From assembly GCA_003353795.1 (NCBI GenBank), contig PIVY01000002.1, positions 12,552 to 76,551 of the forward strand: a stretch of 64,000 nt of DNA, in the 5' to 3' direction. The stretch comes from a bacterium (GTDB lineage Bacteria > Krumholzibacteriota > Krumholzibacteriia > LZORAL124-64-63). Of the stretch, positions 28,479 to 37,094 are shown in pieces. The translations under genes were made by a program, and so were the position numbers. The notes under the pieces were generated by a model. That model had not been told where the DNA came from and ran no database searches. It saw only the letters and a program-made list of their open reading frames with translations. Numbering within the stretch: the stretch's first letter is position 1; each line of letters starts with the position of its first letter.

Positions 28479-29330
28479 TCACGGTGCGGGGACCGCCAGT
28501 TCGTGGAGGCGCCGCTGCGCCGATTCCAGGTCCGGACATCCCGCGACTCCCAGTGCCCCACTGTCGGTTTTCCGCATGACCACCACTCCCTGATAAGGGA
28601 TCTCGCGCCACGCGACCACGTGGCCGCCGTCTTCCTGCACGTGCCACTGGCGGGAGATGGTGGCGAAGGGGTCGCCGCCGGCCCGCATGGCGAACACCTG
28701 GTACGCCTGTCCCGAGTCCGGATCCTCGTAGTCGGCGTGGAGGCAGTTGCGCAGGTCGGCCAGGCCGAGGTAGTCGCGACCGGTGTAGGCGACCGAGCCC
28801 GGAACACGATCGGCGTTGGGAATCAGGGCGAGTTCGGCGGGCGGGGAGTCCGCTCCTTCCAGGCCCGCGGCCGCGGCGGCGAGGATCTCGCGCAGCAGCG
28901 TTTCGTCGACATCGCCGCCGCCGGCCTCGACCTTCACGTAGAAGCGGTCCTTGTACATGAGGCCCTGGTAAGGCGGCTGCAGGATCGCACCGGCGCCGGG
29001 TTCGTCGAGGATCTCCCGATCGGCGGGACTCTCGCGCTCGAAGATGCCGAAGGCGCTCATGGGGTGGCCCATGTCGTAAACGCTGAGGGTGGCGTACTGG
29101 TCGCCGCGTTCGAGGTCGCGCACCGCCAGTTCCCGGAAGTTGTAGGTGAGATAAAGCTCGGCCGCGCCGTTGATGTACTCCCAGAGGTTGTCGGGACCGT
29201 AGCGATATTCCTGGTCGGGGGCGTCCCAGCCCTCGGGGATGGGCACGATGTTCTCCTCGCCGGTCGTCTGGGCGACGACCGACGAGACGGTGCAGGCGGC
29301 GATCAGGATGGCCGCGAAGATGGCGCGCAT
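28479..29330 (-). CDS. Secreted hypothetical protein, last gene of the DUF362/polyferredoxin/AKR operon
   Basis: The signal peptide is MRAIFAAILIAACTVSSVVAQ. Contains NLWEYINGAAELYLTYNF. It starts 12 nt after the AKR stop. No family assigned with confidence. Confidence 0.6.
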   Translation of the reverse strand: MRAIFAAILIAACTVSSVVAQTTGEENIVPIPEGWDAPDQEYRYGPDNLWEYINGAAELYLTYNFRELAVRDLERGDQYATLSVYDMGHPMSAFGIFERESPADREILDEPGAGAILQPPYQGLMYKDRFYVKVEAGGGDVDETLLREILAAAAAGLEGADSPPAELALIPNADRVPGSVAYTGRDYLGLADLRNCLHADYEDPDSGQAYQVFAMRAGGDPFATISRQWHVQEDGGHVVAWREIPYQGVVVMRKTDSGALGVAGCPDLESAQRRLHELAVPAP

Positions 29331-29342
29331 GTCGATTCCTTC

Positions 29343-30725
29343 CTAGGCCATGGTGAGCAGGCCGTGAGCCTCGAACAGACGGGCGGGCACCGCCACGCCG
29401 CGGGAGCAGGCTCCCACGCAGGGGGCGTCGCAGTCGAGGCAGACACCGGCGTTGCGAGCGCCGAGCTTGGCGTACTTCTGCATGGCGTGCTTCTGCCGCC
29501 CCTGCTTCTGGTAGTAGTAGGCGTAGCGCATGATGGTGCTCACGGGCAACTGCTCCGGGCAGGCGCCGAAACACTCGGTGCAACCGAAGCGGCAGTCGCG
29601 TGCAGCGTAGGCCGCGGCGTACTCCTCGAGCAGGCGGGCGCCGCTGTCGGAGATCTCGGTGCCGGACAGTGGCAGGAACTTGTCGAGCATGTCGAAGTTG
29701 GGCATGGACGGCACGATGGTGTGAGCGTCGGGATTGCGCAGCACCCACTGGAGGCTGGCGTAGTCCAGCTCGTCCTGGGTCTTGATGCCGTGCTTCTCCA
29801 TGAACGGCTTGGCCGCCGCCACGCCCTTCTCGAATTCCGGCTTCTGCCGCTCCATGTAGGTGCGGATCCGCTCGATGGCCTCCTCGCGGGTGGCGCCGGT
29901 GCCCATGACGTAGTCGATCCAGCCCTGGACCTGCTCGCTGGGGTTGTCGGGATCGAGGACCGGCATCTCAAGCAGCCCCGTCACCGACTTCATGATGGTG
30001 GTGCCGATGTCCTTGTCCTTGCAGACCTTCAGGATGTTCTCGCCCTCTTCCTGGTTCGTGAAGCCGTAGCTCAGCAGCATGACGTCGAAGCGACCGTCCT
30101 CGGCGGCCAGGCCGAGCACCTTCTCCATGCTGTCGGGCTCGTCGCCGCGGGGGCCGTGGCTGGAGATGCCGGCGTGCTTGAGCCTGCCGTCGGCCTTGAG
30201 CTTGGCCACCGCGATATGGAAGGGCTCGTGGGTGATCAGCTTCACGTCGGCGATACCGTGCATGTAGAGCGCGTCGGCGTAGGGGGTCTGCAGGCGCTCG
30301 AGGCTCTTCATGTAGCGGTCGATGATCTCCTGCTCGTCGGGGTACTCGTCGATGCCCATCTTGGTGACGATGAAGATCTTCTCGCGGTCCATGTACTGCA
30401 TGGCCTGGCCGATCTTGGTCTCGGAATCGCCATTTCCGTAGCTCTCGGCGGTGTCGAAGCAGTTGATGCCGTGGTCGTAGGCGTAGCGGATCACGTTGGG
30501 GTCGGCGATGGAACCGCAGCCCATACCCAGGTCGGAAACCTGGAACTCGGTGCGACCGAGGCGGCGGTGGCGTGTGACCTTGGCGACGGCGGGCTCCGCG
30601 GCGGCGACGGGGTCGGACTGCGCTTCGGGCTTGCTGCCGCAGCCCGCGGCGGCCAGGCCGAGAGCGGCGGTGCCTCCCAGCTTGAAGAACGCGCGGCGGT
30701 CGAGCTTGCTCTGTTCGGTCTTCAT
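29343..30725 (-). CDS. Tat-exported (possibly lipidated) aldo/keto reductase with a C-terminal Fe-S cluster-binding extension
   Basis: Trimmed to ATG 30725 (GAGAGGG upstream). The Tat motif is DRRAFFKLGGTAALGLAAAGC. The AKR core is YDHGINCFDTAESYGNG..IFIVTKMG. C-terminal Cys clusters are CRFGCTECFGACP and CLDCDAPCVGAC. Confidence 0.8.
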   Translation of the reverse strand: MKTEQSKLDRRAFFKLGGTAALGLAAAGCGSKPEAQSDPVAAAEPAVAKVTRHRRLGRTEFQVSDLGMGCGSIADPNVIRYAYDHGINCFDTAESYGNGDSETKIGQAMQYMDREKIFIVTKMGIDEYPDEQEIIDRYMKSLERLQTPYADALYMHGIADVKLITHEPFHIAVAKLKADGRLKHAGISSHGPRGDEPDSMEKVLGLAAEDGRFDVMLLSYGFTNQEEGENILKVCKDKDIGTTIMKSVTGLLEMPVLDPDNPSEQVQGWIDYVMGTGATREEAIERIRTYMERQKPEFEKGVAAAKPFMEKHGIKTQDELDYASLQWVLRNPDAHTIVPSMPNFDMLDKFLPLSGTEISDSGARLLEEYAAAYAARDCRFGCTECFGACPEQLPVSTIMRYAYYYQKQGRQKHAMQKYAKLGARNAGVCLDCDAPCVGACSRGVAVPARLFEAHGLLTMA

Positions 30726-30742
30726 GATCTCGCCCTCTCTTT

Positions 30743-32389
30743 TCAATAACCTAGATCTTGGCCATAGGGATCGTTGCCGCCCGGCAGGACGGGCTGGTTG
30801 TCGGGATGCCGATCCTCGCCGGCACTGGTGACGCGGATCGCGGCCAGGTCCTGGAACGGACACTTGGTCTCGCAGATGCCGCAGCCGGTGCACAGGTCGG
30901 GATCGACCACGGGAAATTTCAGGGTGCGCGAGGAACCGTCACGCAGTTCGACGTCGCGCAGTTCGAAGGTGATGGCCTTGGTGGGGATGGGACAGTGCTC
31001 CTCGCAGACGATGCACTCGCGGTCGTAGGCGAAGGGCAGGCAGCGGGTGGTGTCGATCACCGCCAGGCCGATGTTGGCCTTCTTCTTCACGTCCAGAGTC
31101 AGCGGCTCGATGGCCTGCGTGGGGCAGACCTGTCCGCAGGCGTGACACTCGAACTCGCAATAGCCGATGGCCGGCACCAGCACCGGCGACCAGAGGCCCT
31201 CGAGGCCCGCCTGCTCCCAGGCCGGTTGCAGCGCCGCCGTGGGGCAGACCTGCATGCAGAGGCCGCACTGCACGCAGCGTTGCAGGAATTCGCGCTCGGC
31301 ACGCGAGCCGGGCGGGCGGATGAGCGCCGGATTGAAGGTCTTGCCGTGGGCCTGCGGCGTCATGCGCATGAGCGCGAGGCCGCCGGCGCCGGCGACCAGC
31401 GAGGTGATCAGGCGGCGTTTGCCCACATCGAGCGTGCCGCTGGAGGTCTTCGCCGTGGGCAGATGCCAGGTGAAGTCGAGGCTGCCGTTCTTGCACGCGT
31501 CCACGCAGTTCCAGCAGCCGAAGCACTCGGTGCCGAGCCACTGGTCGGGCTTCTCGGGCTGGGCAGCCGCGGGGCAGCTGAGGGTGCACTTGCCACAGCT
31601 GTTGCAGCTCTCGCTGTCGCTGGTCAGGCGCAGGAGTGGTCGGATGGAGAAGGCGCCAAGCAGACCGCCCAACGGGCAGAGATAGCGGCACCAGAAACGG
31701 TTGCGCACCAGGTTCAGGGCCAGCGCGGTCATGAAGATCAGGAAGATGAAGCCGGCGCCGGAGAAGACGCGCAGTTCGGTGGCCGTGACCTGGTTGCGCC
31801 ACCAGGTGTAGACCGGTTCGGTGAGGTCGCGCAGGTGCAGCGCGCCCAGGTGCGGATCGCCCATGTAGATCGCGTTGGCGACGGCGCCCACGGCCACGTC
31901 CAGGGCGGGGACCACGGTGAGGGAGAGGCTGCGGTAGAGGAGGGAGAAGGGGTCGAGGACCCCGATCCAGTTGGCGCCGCAGACCGCGAGCAGGAGAAGC
32001 GCGGCGAGGATGTAGTACTTGCCGCGTTGCCAGCGGCTGTAGCCCTCGACGCGCGGCGTGATGCGGCGGAACTGGTCGCGAAGGGAACCCACCATGTTGT
32101 GGAGCGTGCCGAGGGGGCAGAACCAGCCGCAGAAGACCCGGCCGAACACGAGGGTGACGGCGATAGTCGCCAGGCCCAGCAGCGACGCGCCGGCCAGGGT
32201 GTGGGTCGACAGCCAGGTGGCAATCATCACCAGCGGGTCGAGATCGAAGAACACGCCGACCGGTGCGTCCGGCGCCAGGCCGGTGGTGGGGCGGTTGGCG
32301 GCGAGCAGCACGACGAACAGCAGAAGCGCGAGGCCTTGGACCGTGCGGCGCGTCCAGATGAGGCGGCGGGCTCGCGCGTGGGCGCTCAC
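30743..32389 (-). CDS. Integral-membrane polyferredoxin (NapH/CcoG/NosR-like membrane domain plus multiple 4Fe-4S motifs)
   Basis: GTG 32389 overlaps the DUF362 stop (GTGA); the track N-terminal 99 codons are discarded. Membrane CxxxCP motifs are FCGWFCPLG and FWCRYLCPLG. Ferredoxin motifs are CNSCGKCTLSCP, CFGCWNCVDAC, CVQCGLCMQVCP, CHACGQVCP, CIVCEEHCP and CTGCGICETKCP. Confidence 0.85.
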   Translation of the reverse strand: MSAHARARRLIWTRRTVQGLALLLFVVLLAANRPTTGLAPDAPVGVFFDLDPLVMIATWLSTHTLAGASLLGLATIAVTLVFGRVFCGWFCPLGTLHNMVGSLRDQFRRITPRVEGYSRWQRGKYYILAALLLLAVCGANWIGVLDPFSLLYRSLSLTVVPALDVAVGAVANAIYMGDPHLGALHLRDLTEPVYTWWRNQVTATELRVFSGAGFIFLIFMTALALNLVRNRFWCRYLCPLGGLLGAFSIRPLLRLTSDSESCNSCGKCTLSCPAAAQPEKPDQWLGTECFGCWNCVDACKNGSLDFTWHLPTAKTSSGTLDVGKRRLITSLVAGAGGLALMRMTPQAHGKTFNPALIRPPGSRAEREFLQRCVQCGLCMQVCPTAALQPAWEQAGLEGLWSPVLVPAIGYCEFECHACGQVCPTQAIEPLTLDVKKKANIGLAVIDTTRCLPFAYDRECIVCEEHCPIPTKAITFELRDVELRDGSSRTLKFPVVDPDLCTGCGICETKCPFQDLAAIRVTSAGEDRHPDNQPVLPGGNDPYGQDLGY

Positions 32390-33327
32390 GAGAGGACGCG
32401 ATCCACGGGTGCCAGCGAGGCGTAGTCGATGGTGCCCAGGCCGGCGGCGACCGCGGCGTTCAGGGTGCTGATCGCCGTGGGGTCGTGCCCGAGGAGCGTG
32501 GACCCGAAGGCGTCGAGGGCCACGATGTCGGTGCCGGCGGCCACGATGCCGTGCACGGTGACGTCGCCCGGGTCGCCGCCCTGGGGACCGTGGGCGTCGA
32601 GTACGCGCACCGCGTCGATCACCGTGAGGCGGGGACGCATGAAGCGGGTGATGTCCACCAGACAAGGATCCATGTGCTGGTGCCAAGCGGTGCGCTGGCC
32701 GCCGATGGTGCCCATGTAGTTCTTCATGGCCAGCGACGCGTTAGTCAGGCCGTGGTGCTTGACCACCGGCACGTTGATCACCAGGTCGGCCTCTGCGATC
32801 TCGGTGTAGACGGGCCACGTCTCGAGCCGGTCGCCGCCCAGCTCCATGTCGCGGAAGCGGCGCTCGTCGAGGTAGACCACCTGGCCTCCGCCCGCCTTGG
32901 TGGCTGCCGCGATGCCGCTGGTGCGGTAGGCCTGCTTGGCGGGATGGCAGGGGTGATCGCCCACCTTGACGGTCTTGGCGCCGGCCTCGACACAGAGGCG
33001 TACCAGGGTGCCGACCACGTCCGGGTTGGTGTTGGCGGCCAGCTCGGGGCGGCGATTCCAGCCGATGTTGGGCTTGATCCAGACCACGTCGCCCTTGCTG
33101 ACGAATCGGGTCATGCCGCCGATGGACGACATGGCGGCCTCGGTGAGGCGAGTGGCGGCCGCGGTGAGATCGGCGTCGGCGAGGGCGGCCTGGTCCCAGC
33201 GGGCGATGGCCATCTGGGCGGGGTCGTCGGCGGCTCGAGCGAGACGGATCAGCGGATCGGAAAGGGCGATGGCGCCGGTGGCCAGGGCCGCGTTCCGCAG
33301 GAACTCGCGACGGTCGCAGCGGGGCAT
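32386..33327 (-). CDS. Tat-signal DUF362 domain protein
   Basis: The twin-arginine signal is MPRCDRREFLRNAALATGAIAL. VWIKPNIGW..., VINVPVVKHHGLT and DIVALDAFG are typical DUF362 blocks. Confidence 0.8.
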   Translation of the reverse strand: MPRCDRREFLRNAALATGAIALSDPLIRLARAADDPAQMAIARWDQAALADADLTAAATRLTEAAMSSIGGMTRFVSKGDVVWIKPNIGWNRRPELAANTNPDVVGTLVRLCVEAGAKTVKVGDHPCHPAKQAYRTSGIAAATKAGGGQVVYLDERRFRDMELGGDRLETWPVYTEIAEADLVINVPVVKHHGLTNASLAMKNYMGTIGGQRTAWHQHMDPCLVDITRFMRPRLTVIDAVRVLDAHGPQGGDPGDVTVHGIVAAGTDIVALDAFGSTLLGHDPTAISTLNAAVAAGLGTIDYASLAPVDRVLS

Positions 33328-33723
33328 GATGCCTCCTCACAGGTGGTCGGGCGAGCCGGGCAGCTCGCCGACAGGTGCTGGCGAGCATACGGCGTTGATT
33401 CTAGCGCGGTTGCAGGGGATGTGTCCAGGGGGCGACAGGATCGGTCGTCGATCTACGAGGAATCCGCCAAGAATCCTAAACCTTGAACTCACGCTTGGTG
33501 AAGTTCTCGCTAATTGACCGATGATTATCGGCGTTCTATTGTGCCCTGGCTGGCGAATCTCCCGAGTATCGCAACGTGGGTCGGCAACGGCGAGATCTTA
33601 TTCAAGTTGTTTATTTGATACCAGTTATCGTTTCAGTGTCTCGACAAAGGAGGCCTCTCTGTCGCCTCTTCGATCAACTCGCCCGTTCCATTTTCCGGAT
33701 CGATCAATGAGGAGGATTCCGAC

Positions 33724-36700
33724 ATGAATCATCGCCCAACCCGACTGATCATCGTGCTGCTCACCTTGTTTGCCATCGTCCTCTCCGCGTCGTCGGCGCT
33801 GGCGGCGCTGGAGTGGGAGAAACGGGCCGCCATCGATCACGGCCTCGTGTGGCTGGCAACCAACCAGTCCATCAACGGCGACCTGGGATACTGGAGCTAC
33901 TCCAACGACGGCACCCTCGCCTGCACCGCCGCTGCGGCGCTGGCATTCATCGAGGAGGACTTTCTGCCCGGCGAGGACGTTGTCATCGACGACATCAACT
34001 ACGGCGACGTGGTGGGCTTCGCGCTCAACTACGTCTTCAATCACGCCGTCGCGGACTCGCGATTCGGCGTGGAGTACGCGGTCTACGAGCGATATGCCGA
34101 GGACTACGACAACGACGGCATCTACGACGACGGTAACGACCAGGCCATCTACTTCGATCCGGGGAATCCCAACCGGCGGGTCTACACCACCGGCATCTGC
34201 GTGCCCATGGTCTTCGCTCTGGGCGAACGTCTGGGAATCAATACCGTCATCGGTCGCGGCTCGGCGGTCGTCAGCGGCATGACCTACGCCGAGGCCATGC
34301 AGGATCTCATCGACTGGTTCTGCTTCGCCCAGGTCGAGCCGAATCGCGGCAACTACCGCGGAGGCTGGCGCTACGATGCGAACTACCCCGACTCGGACAA
34401 TTCCACCGCGCAGTGGGGATCCCTTCCGTTGCTCTACGGCGATTCGTGGGGGCTGGGAGCGCCCGACTACGTGTTCGCCGAACTGGAACTCTGGGTGAAC
34501 TACATCCAGAACGCCAACGGCGGCTCCGGGTATTCCAATCCCGGTAACTACGTCAACGTGGCCAAGACGGGCGGACTCCTGCTCGAGTTGGCGGCCATCG
34601 GCGCACCGGTGAGCGACGCACGGGTGCAGGCGGCGATCGGCTTCATCAACGGCCGCTGGAACACCGGGCCGTCTGGCACCTGGTACGGCAACCTGAATCA
34701 TCCCTATGCCATGTGGGCGGTCTTCAAGGGGCTCGAGGTCTATGACCTCATGGATACCATCACTCTGGATGATCTCGAGATCCTCTTCGGTTTCGGAATG
34801 TCCGCTGCACCTGGCGGCTTCCCCATCGGCACCGTCGACGACTTCGTCATATCCGAGAGTGGCGATTGGTACTCGCACTACTGCGACTACCTCGTGGGGA
34901 TCCAGAACGGAGATGGGGGCTGGAACGGCTATCTGCACTGGGTCGGCGCCATGGCGACCGGCTGGTACATCAACATCCTCGATGGCATCCGCGTGCCGGG
35001 AATCGGCAATCCGGCCATCAGGCTGGTCTCCGAGATTCCCGATGCTTGCGCCAATCCTGGCGACCCGGTGCTCCACACCGCCGCATTCTGGTACGGCACG
35101 CCGGGCTTCCCCGATCCCGACACGCTGCCGGCCGAGAACGTCGAGGTGCTGCTCACCCTCAATCAGCACATGACGTTCGTCGCAGCCAGCGATGGCGGCA
35201 CCTACGACGTGGGCGCCCATACGGTCACCTGGTCCATCGGTGAACTGGCCGACGGAGAGGTGGATACGGTCACCGTGGACGCGGTCGTCGCCGGCACGGC
35301 GCCTGCCGACGCCGAGCTGATCACCGAAGTCGACGTGAGTGCGACCAACGTACAGGAGGAGGACTGGGGCCACGACGAGACGGAGGTTCTCACCTGCGTG
35401 TCCACCTGCGTCTGGAACGTCGCTACCGACGTGGTCGAGCGCGGCGCCACCCACGGCGTGGCCTGGGGCGATTACGACAATGATCAGGACCCCGATCTCC
35501 TGGTCACCGGCAGCGGCTTGAACCACCTGTACGAGAACGTGGACGGCGTGCTCGTGATGGTCGAGGGCTGGTGCGAAGACGAGGAGCCGTCCTACGGAGC
35601 CGCCTGGGCCGACTACGACAACGACGGCGATCTCGATGTCTACGTCGTGAACTCCCTGGTGGCCAACGCGCTCTACAACAACGACGCCGGCGTGTTCACC
35701 CGGGTCGCCGCCGGCGATGCCGAGGACGCCGGAGACGGCTACAATGCCGCCTGGGCGGACTTCGACGGCGACGGCGATCTCGATCTCTACATCTGCAACC
35801 GAGACGGCACCAACCGGTTGCTCGAGAACGACGGCGGCATGTTCACCTCGGTGGGCGGCGTGACCGAGTACACGGGCATCACCCGCGGCTGTGCATTCGC
35901 CGACTACGACAACGACGACGATCCGGACCTCTACATCAGCGTCTACGGCGACAACATGCTCTTTCGCAACGACGGCGGCGTGTTCGTCGACGTCTCGGCC
36001 CCGCCGATGAACGACGGCGGCGAGGGCAAGGGCGTGGCCTGGGCCGACTACGACAACGACGGCGATCTGGATCTCTACCTGGTCAACACCCACGGCGCCA
36101 ACAAGCTGTTCCGGAACGACCTCGATGCCGGCTTCGTCGACGTGACCGACGCACTTCTCGGCGACGAGAACAACGGTCGCACGTGCGCCTGGGCCGACTA
36201 CGACAACGACGGCTGGATGGACCTCTTCTTCACCAACATCACCAGCGGTCGGAACATCCTCATCGAGAACGACGAGGGTGTGTTCACGGATGCCAATTGC
36301 GGTGTGCTCGAGGACACGGCGACGCTGGAATCGTGGGGCTGCGCCTTCGCCGACTACGACGGTGACGGCGACCAGGATCTGGCCATGGCGGTGCGCACGC
36401 TCAACGGTCCGAGCAAGGTGTTCCGCAACGATCTGACGTTCGGCGAGCCGGCGAACTGGCTGCAGATCGACCTGCGCGGCGTGGCCAACAATCGCTTCGG
36501 TGTGGGCGCCCGCATCGTGGTCGATACCGGCGAGCAGACCCTGATGCGCGCCGTGAATGCCAACGGCGCCTACCTGGGGCAGCAGCCGCTCACCGCCAGC
36601 TTCGGGCTGGGCGCGGCCACGCACGTGGATCTGACCGTGCACTGGCCCAACGGCGAGGTCCAGACCCTGGCGAATCTGCCGGTGAACCGCCGGCTGGAGA

Positions 36701-37026
36701 TCGTGGAAGCCGCCGGCGCGGTGGGCGTGGACGAGTTGCCGACGTCGCCGCTCCTGACGGTGACCAACTATCCGAATCCGTTCAACCCCAGCACGACCCT
36801 GGAGTTCTCGCTGCCGCGCAGCGCCGAGGTCGAGTTGAAGGTGCTGGATGCGCGCGGTCGGCTGGTCAGGACGTTGCTGGCCGGCGAGACCATGGTTGCC
36901 GGCGTGCATCGCGTGCGGTGGCAGGGCGGCAGCGACTCCGGTCGGGATGTGCCGTCGGGCGTGTACTTCTATCGGTGCGGTGCGGGCGGTGAGGTCGTGA
37001 CCGGAAGGATGGTGCTCTTGAAGTAG
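33724..37026 (+). CDS. 1100-aa secreted protein: alpha/alpha-toroid repeats, DUF11-like Ig domain, 7x FG-GAP/VCBS propeller, ASPIC/UnbV (CRTAC1-like) domain and a T9SS-type C-terminal domain
   Basis: GAGGAGG lies upstream. The signal peptide is ..LSASSALAA. Toroid repeats include GGWRYDANY, NGGSGYSN and QNGDGGWNGY. There are seven xAWADYDNDGDLDLY-type repeats. GARIVVDTGEQTLMRAVNANGAYLGQQ..HWPNGEVQ is ASPIC-like. The C-terminus is YPNPFNPSTTLEF...VLDARGRLVRTL...SGVYFYRCGAGGEVVTGRMVLLK. Confidence 0.9.
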   Translation: MNHRPTRLIIVLLTLFAIVLSASSALAALEWEKRAAIDHGLVWLATNQSINGDLGYWSYSNDGTLACTAAAALAFIEEDFLPGEDVVIDDINYGDVVGFALNYVFNHAVADSRFGVEYAVYERYAEDYDNDGIYDDGNDQAIYFDPGNPNRRVYTTGICVPMVFALGERLGINTVIGRGSAVVSGMTYAEAMQDLIDWFCFAQVEPNRGNYRGGWRYDANYPDSDNSTAQWGSLPLLYGDSWGLGAPDYVFAELELWVNYIQNANGGSGYSNPGNYVNVAKTGGLLLELAAIGAPVSDARVQAAIGFINGRWNTGPSGTWYGNLNHPYAMWAVFKGLEVYDLMDTITLDDLEILFGFGMSAAPGGFPIGTVDDFVISESGDWYSHYCDYLVGIQNGDGGWNGYLHWVGAMATGWYINILDGIRVPGIGNPAIRLVSEIPDACANPGDPVLHTAAFWYGTPGFPDPDTLPAENVEVLLTLNQHMTFVAASDGGTYDVGAHTVTWSIGELADGEVDTVTVDAVVAGTAPADAELITEVDVSATNVQEEDWGHDETEVLTCVSTCVWNVATDVVERGATHGVAWGDYDNDQDPDLLVTGSGLNHLYENVDGVLVMVEGWCEDEEPSYGAAWADYDNDGDLDVYVVNSLVANALYNNDAGVFTRVAAGDAEDAGDGYNAAWADFDGDGDLDLYICNRDGTNRLLENDGGMFTSVGGVTEYTGITRGCAFADYDNDDDPDLYISVYGDNMLFRNDGGVFVDVSAPPMNDGGEGKGVAWADYDNDGDLDLYLVNTHGANKLFRNDLDAGFVDVTDALLGDENNGRTCAWADYDNDGWMDLFFTNITSGRNILIENDEGVFTDANCGVLEDTATLESWGCAFADYDGDGDQDLAMAVRTLNGPSKVFRNDLTFGEPANWLQIDLRGVANNRFGVGARIVVDTGEQTLMRAVNANGAYLGQQPLTASFGLGAATHVDLTVHWPNGEVQTLANLPVNRRLEIVEAAGAVGVDELPTSPLLTVTNYPNPFNPSTTLEFSLPRSAEVELKVLDARGRLVRTLLAGETMVAGVHRVRWQGGSDSGRDVPSGVYFYRCGAGGEVVTGRMVLLK
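35602..36213 (+). repeat. Coding nucleotide repeats (FG-GAP blades)
   Basis: gcctgggccgactacgacaacgacggc(gatct) recurs identically at 35602, 36037 and 36187, inside the propeller region. It encodes AWADYDNDG. Confidence 0.9.
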
Positions 37027-37094
37027 GCGGCATCTCCAGCAGGAGAATCGATCCGCAATCGTAATGGGCCCGGGGCGTCAGCGCTCCGGGCTCG

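Noticed and set aside
35602-36213. Identical 27-32-nt repeats that could be mistaken for a CRISPR-like array
   Set aside because: The spacing is irregular (435 and 150 nt). The repeats are in-frame inside a CDS and encode the AWADYDNDGDLD calcium-binding loop of FG-GAP blades. No cas genes are present.
33625-36909. 1094-aa minus-strand ORF, the longest ORF in the track after the plus-strand gene
   Set aside because: It lies entirely antisense to the 33724-37026 gene, which has clear signal peptide, FG-GAP, ASPIC and CTD motifs. Its translation is a low-complexity run of V/G/A/H/D/R with no motif. This is a typical shadow ORF of a very GC-rich gene where third positions coincide.
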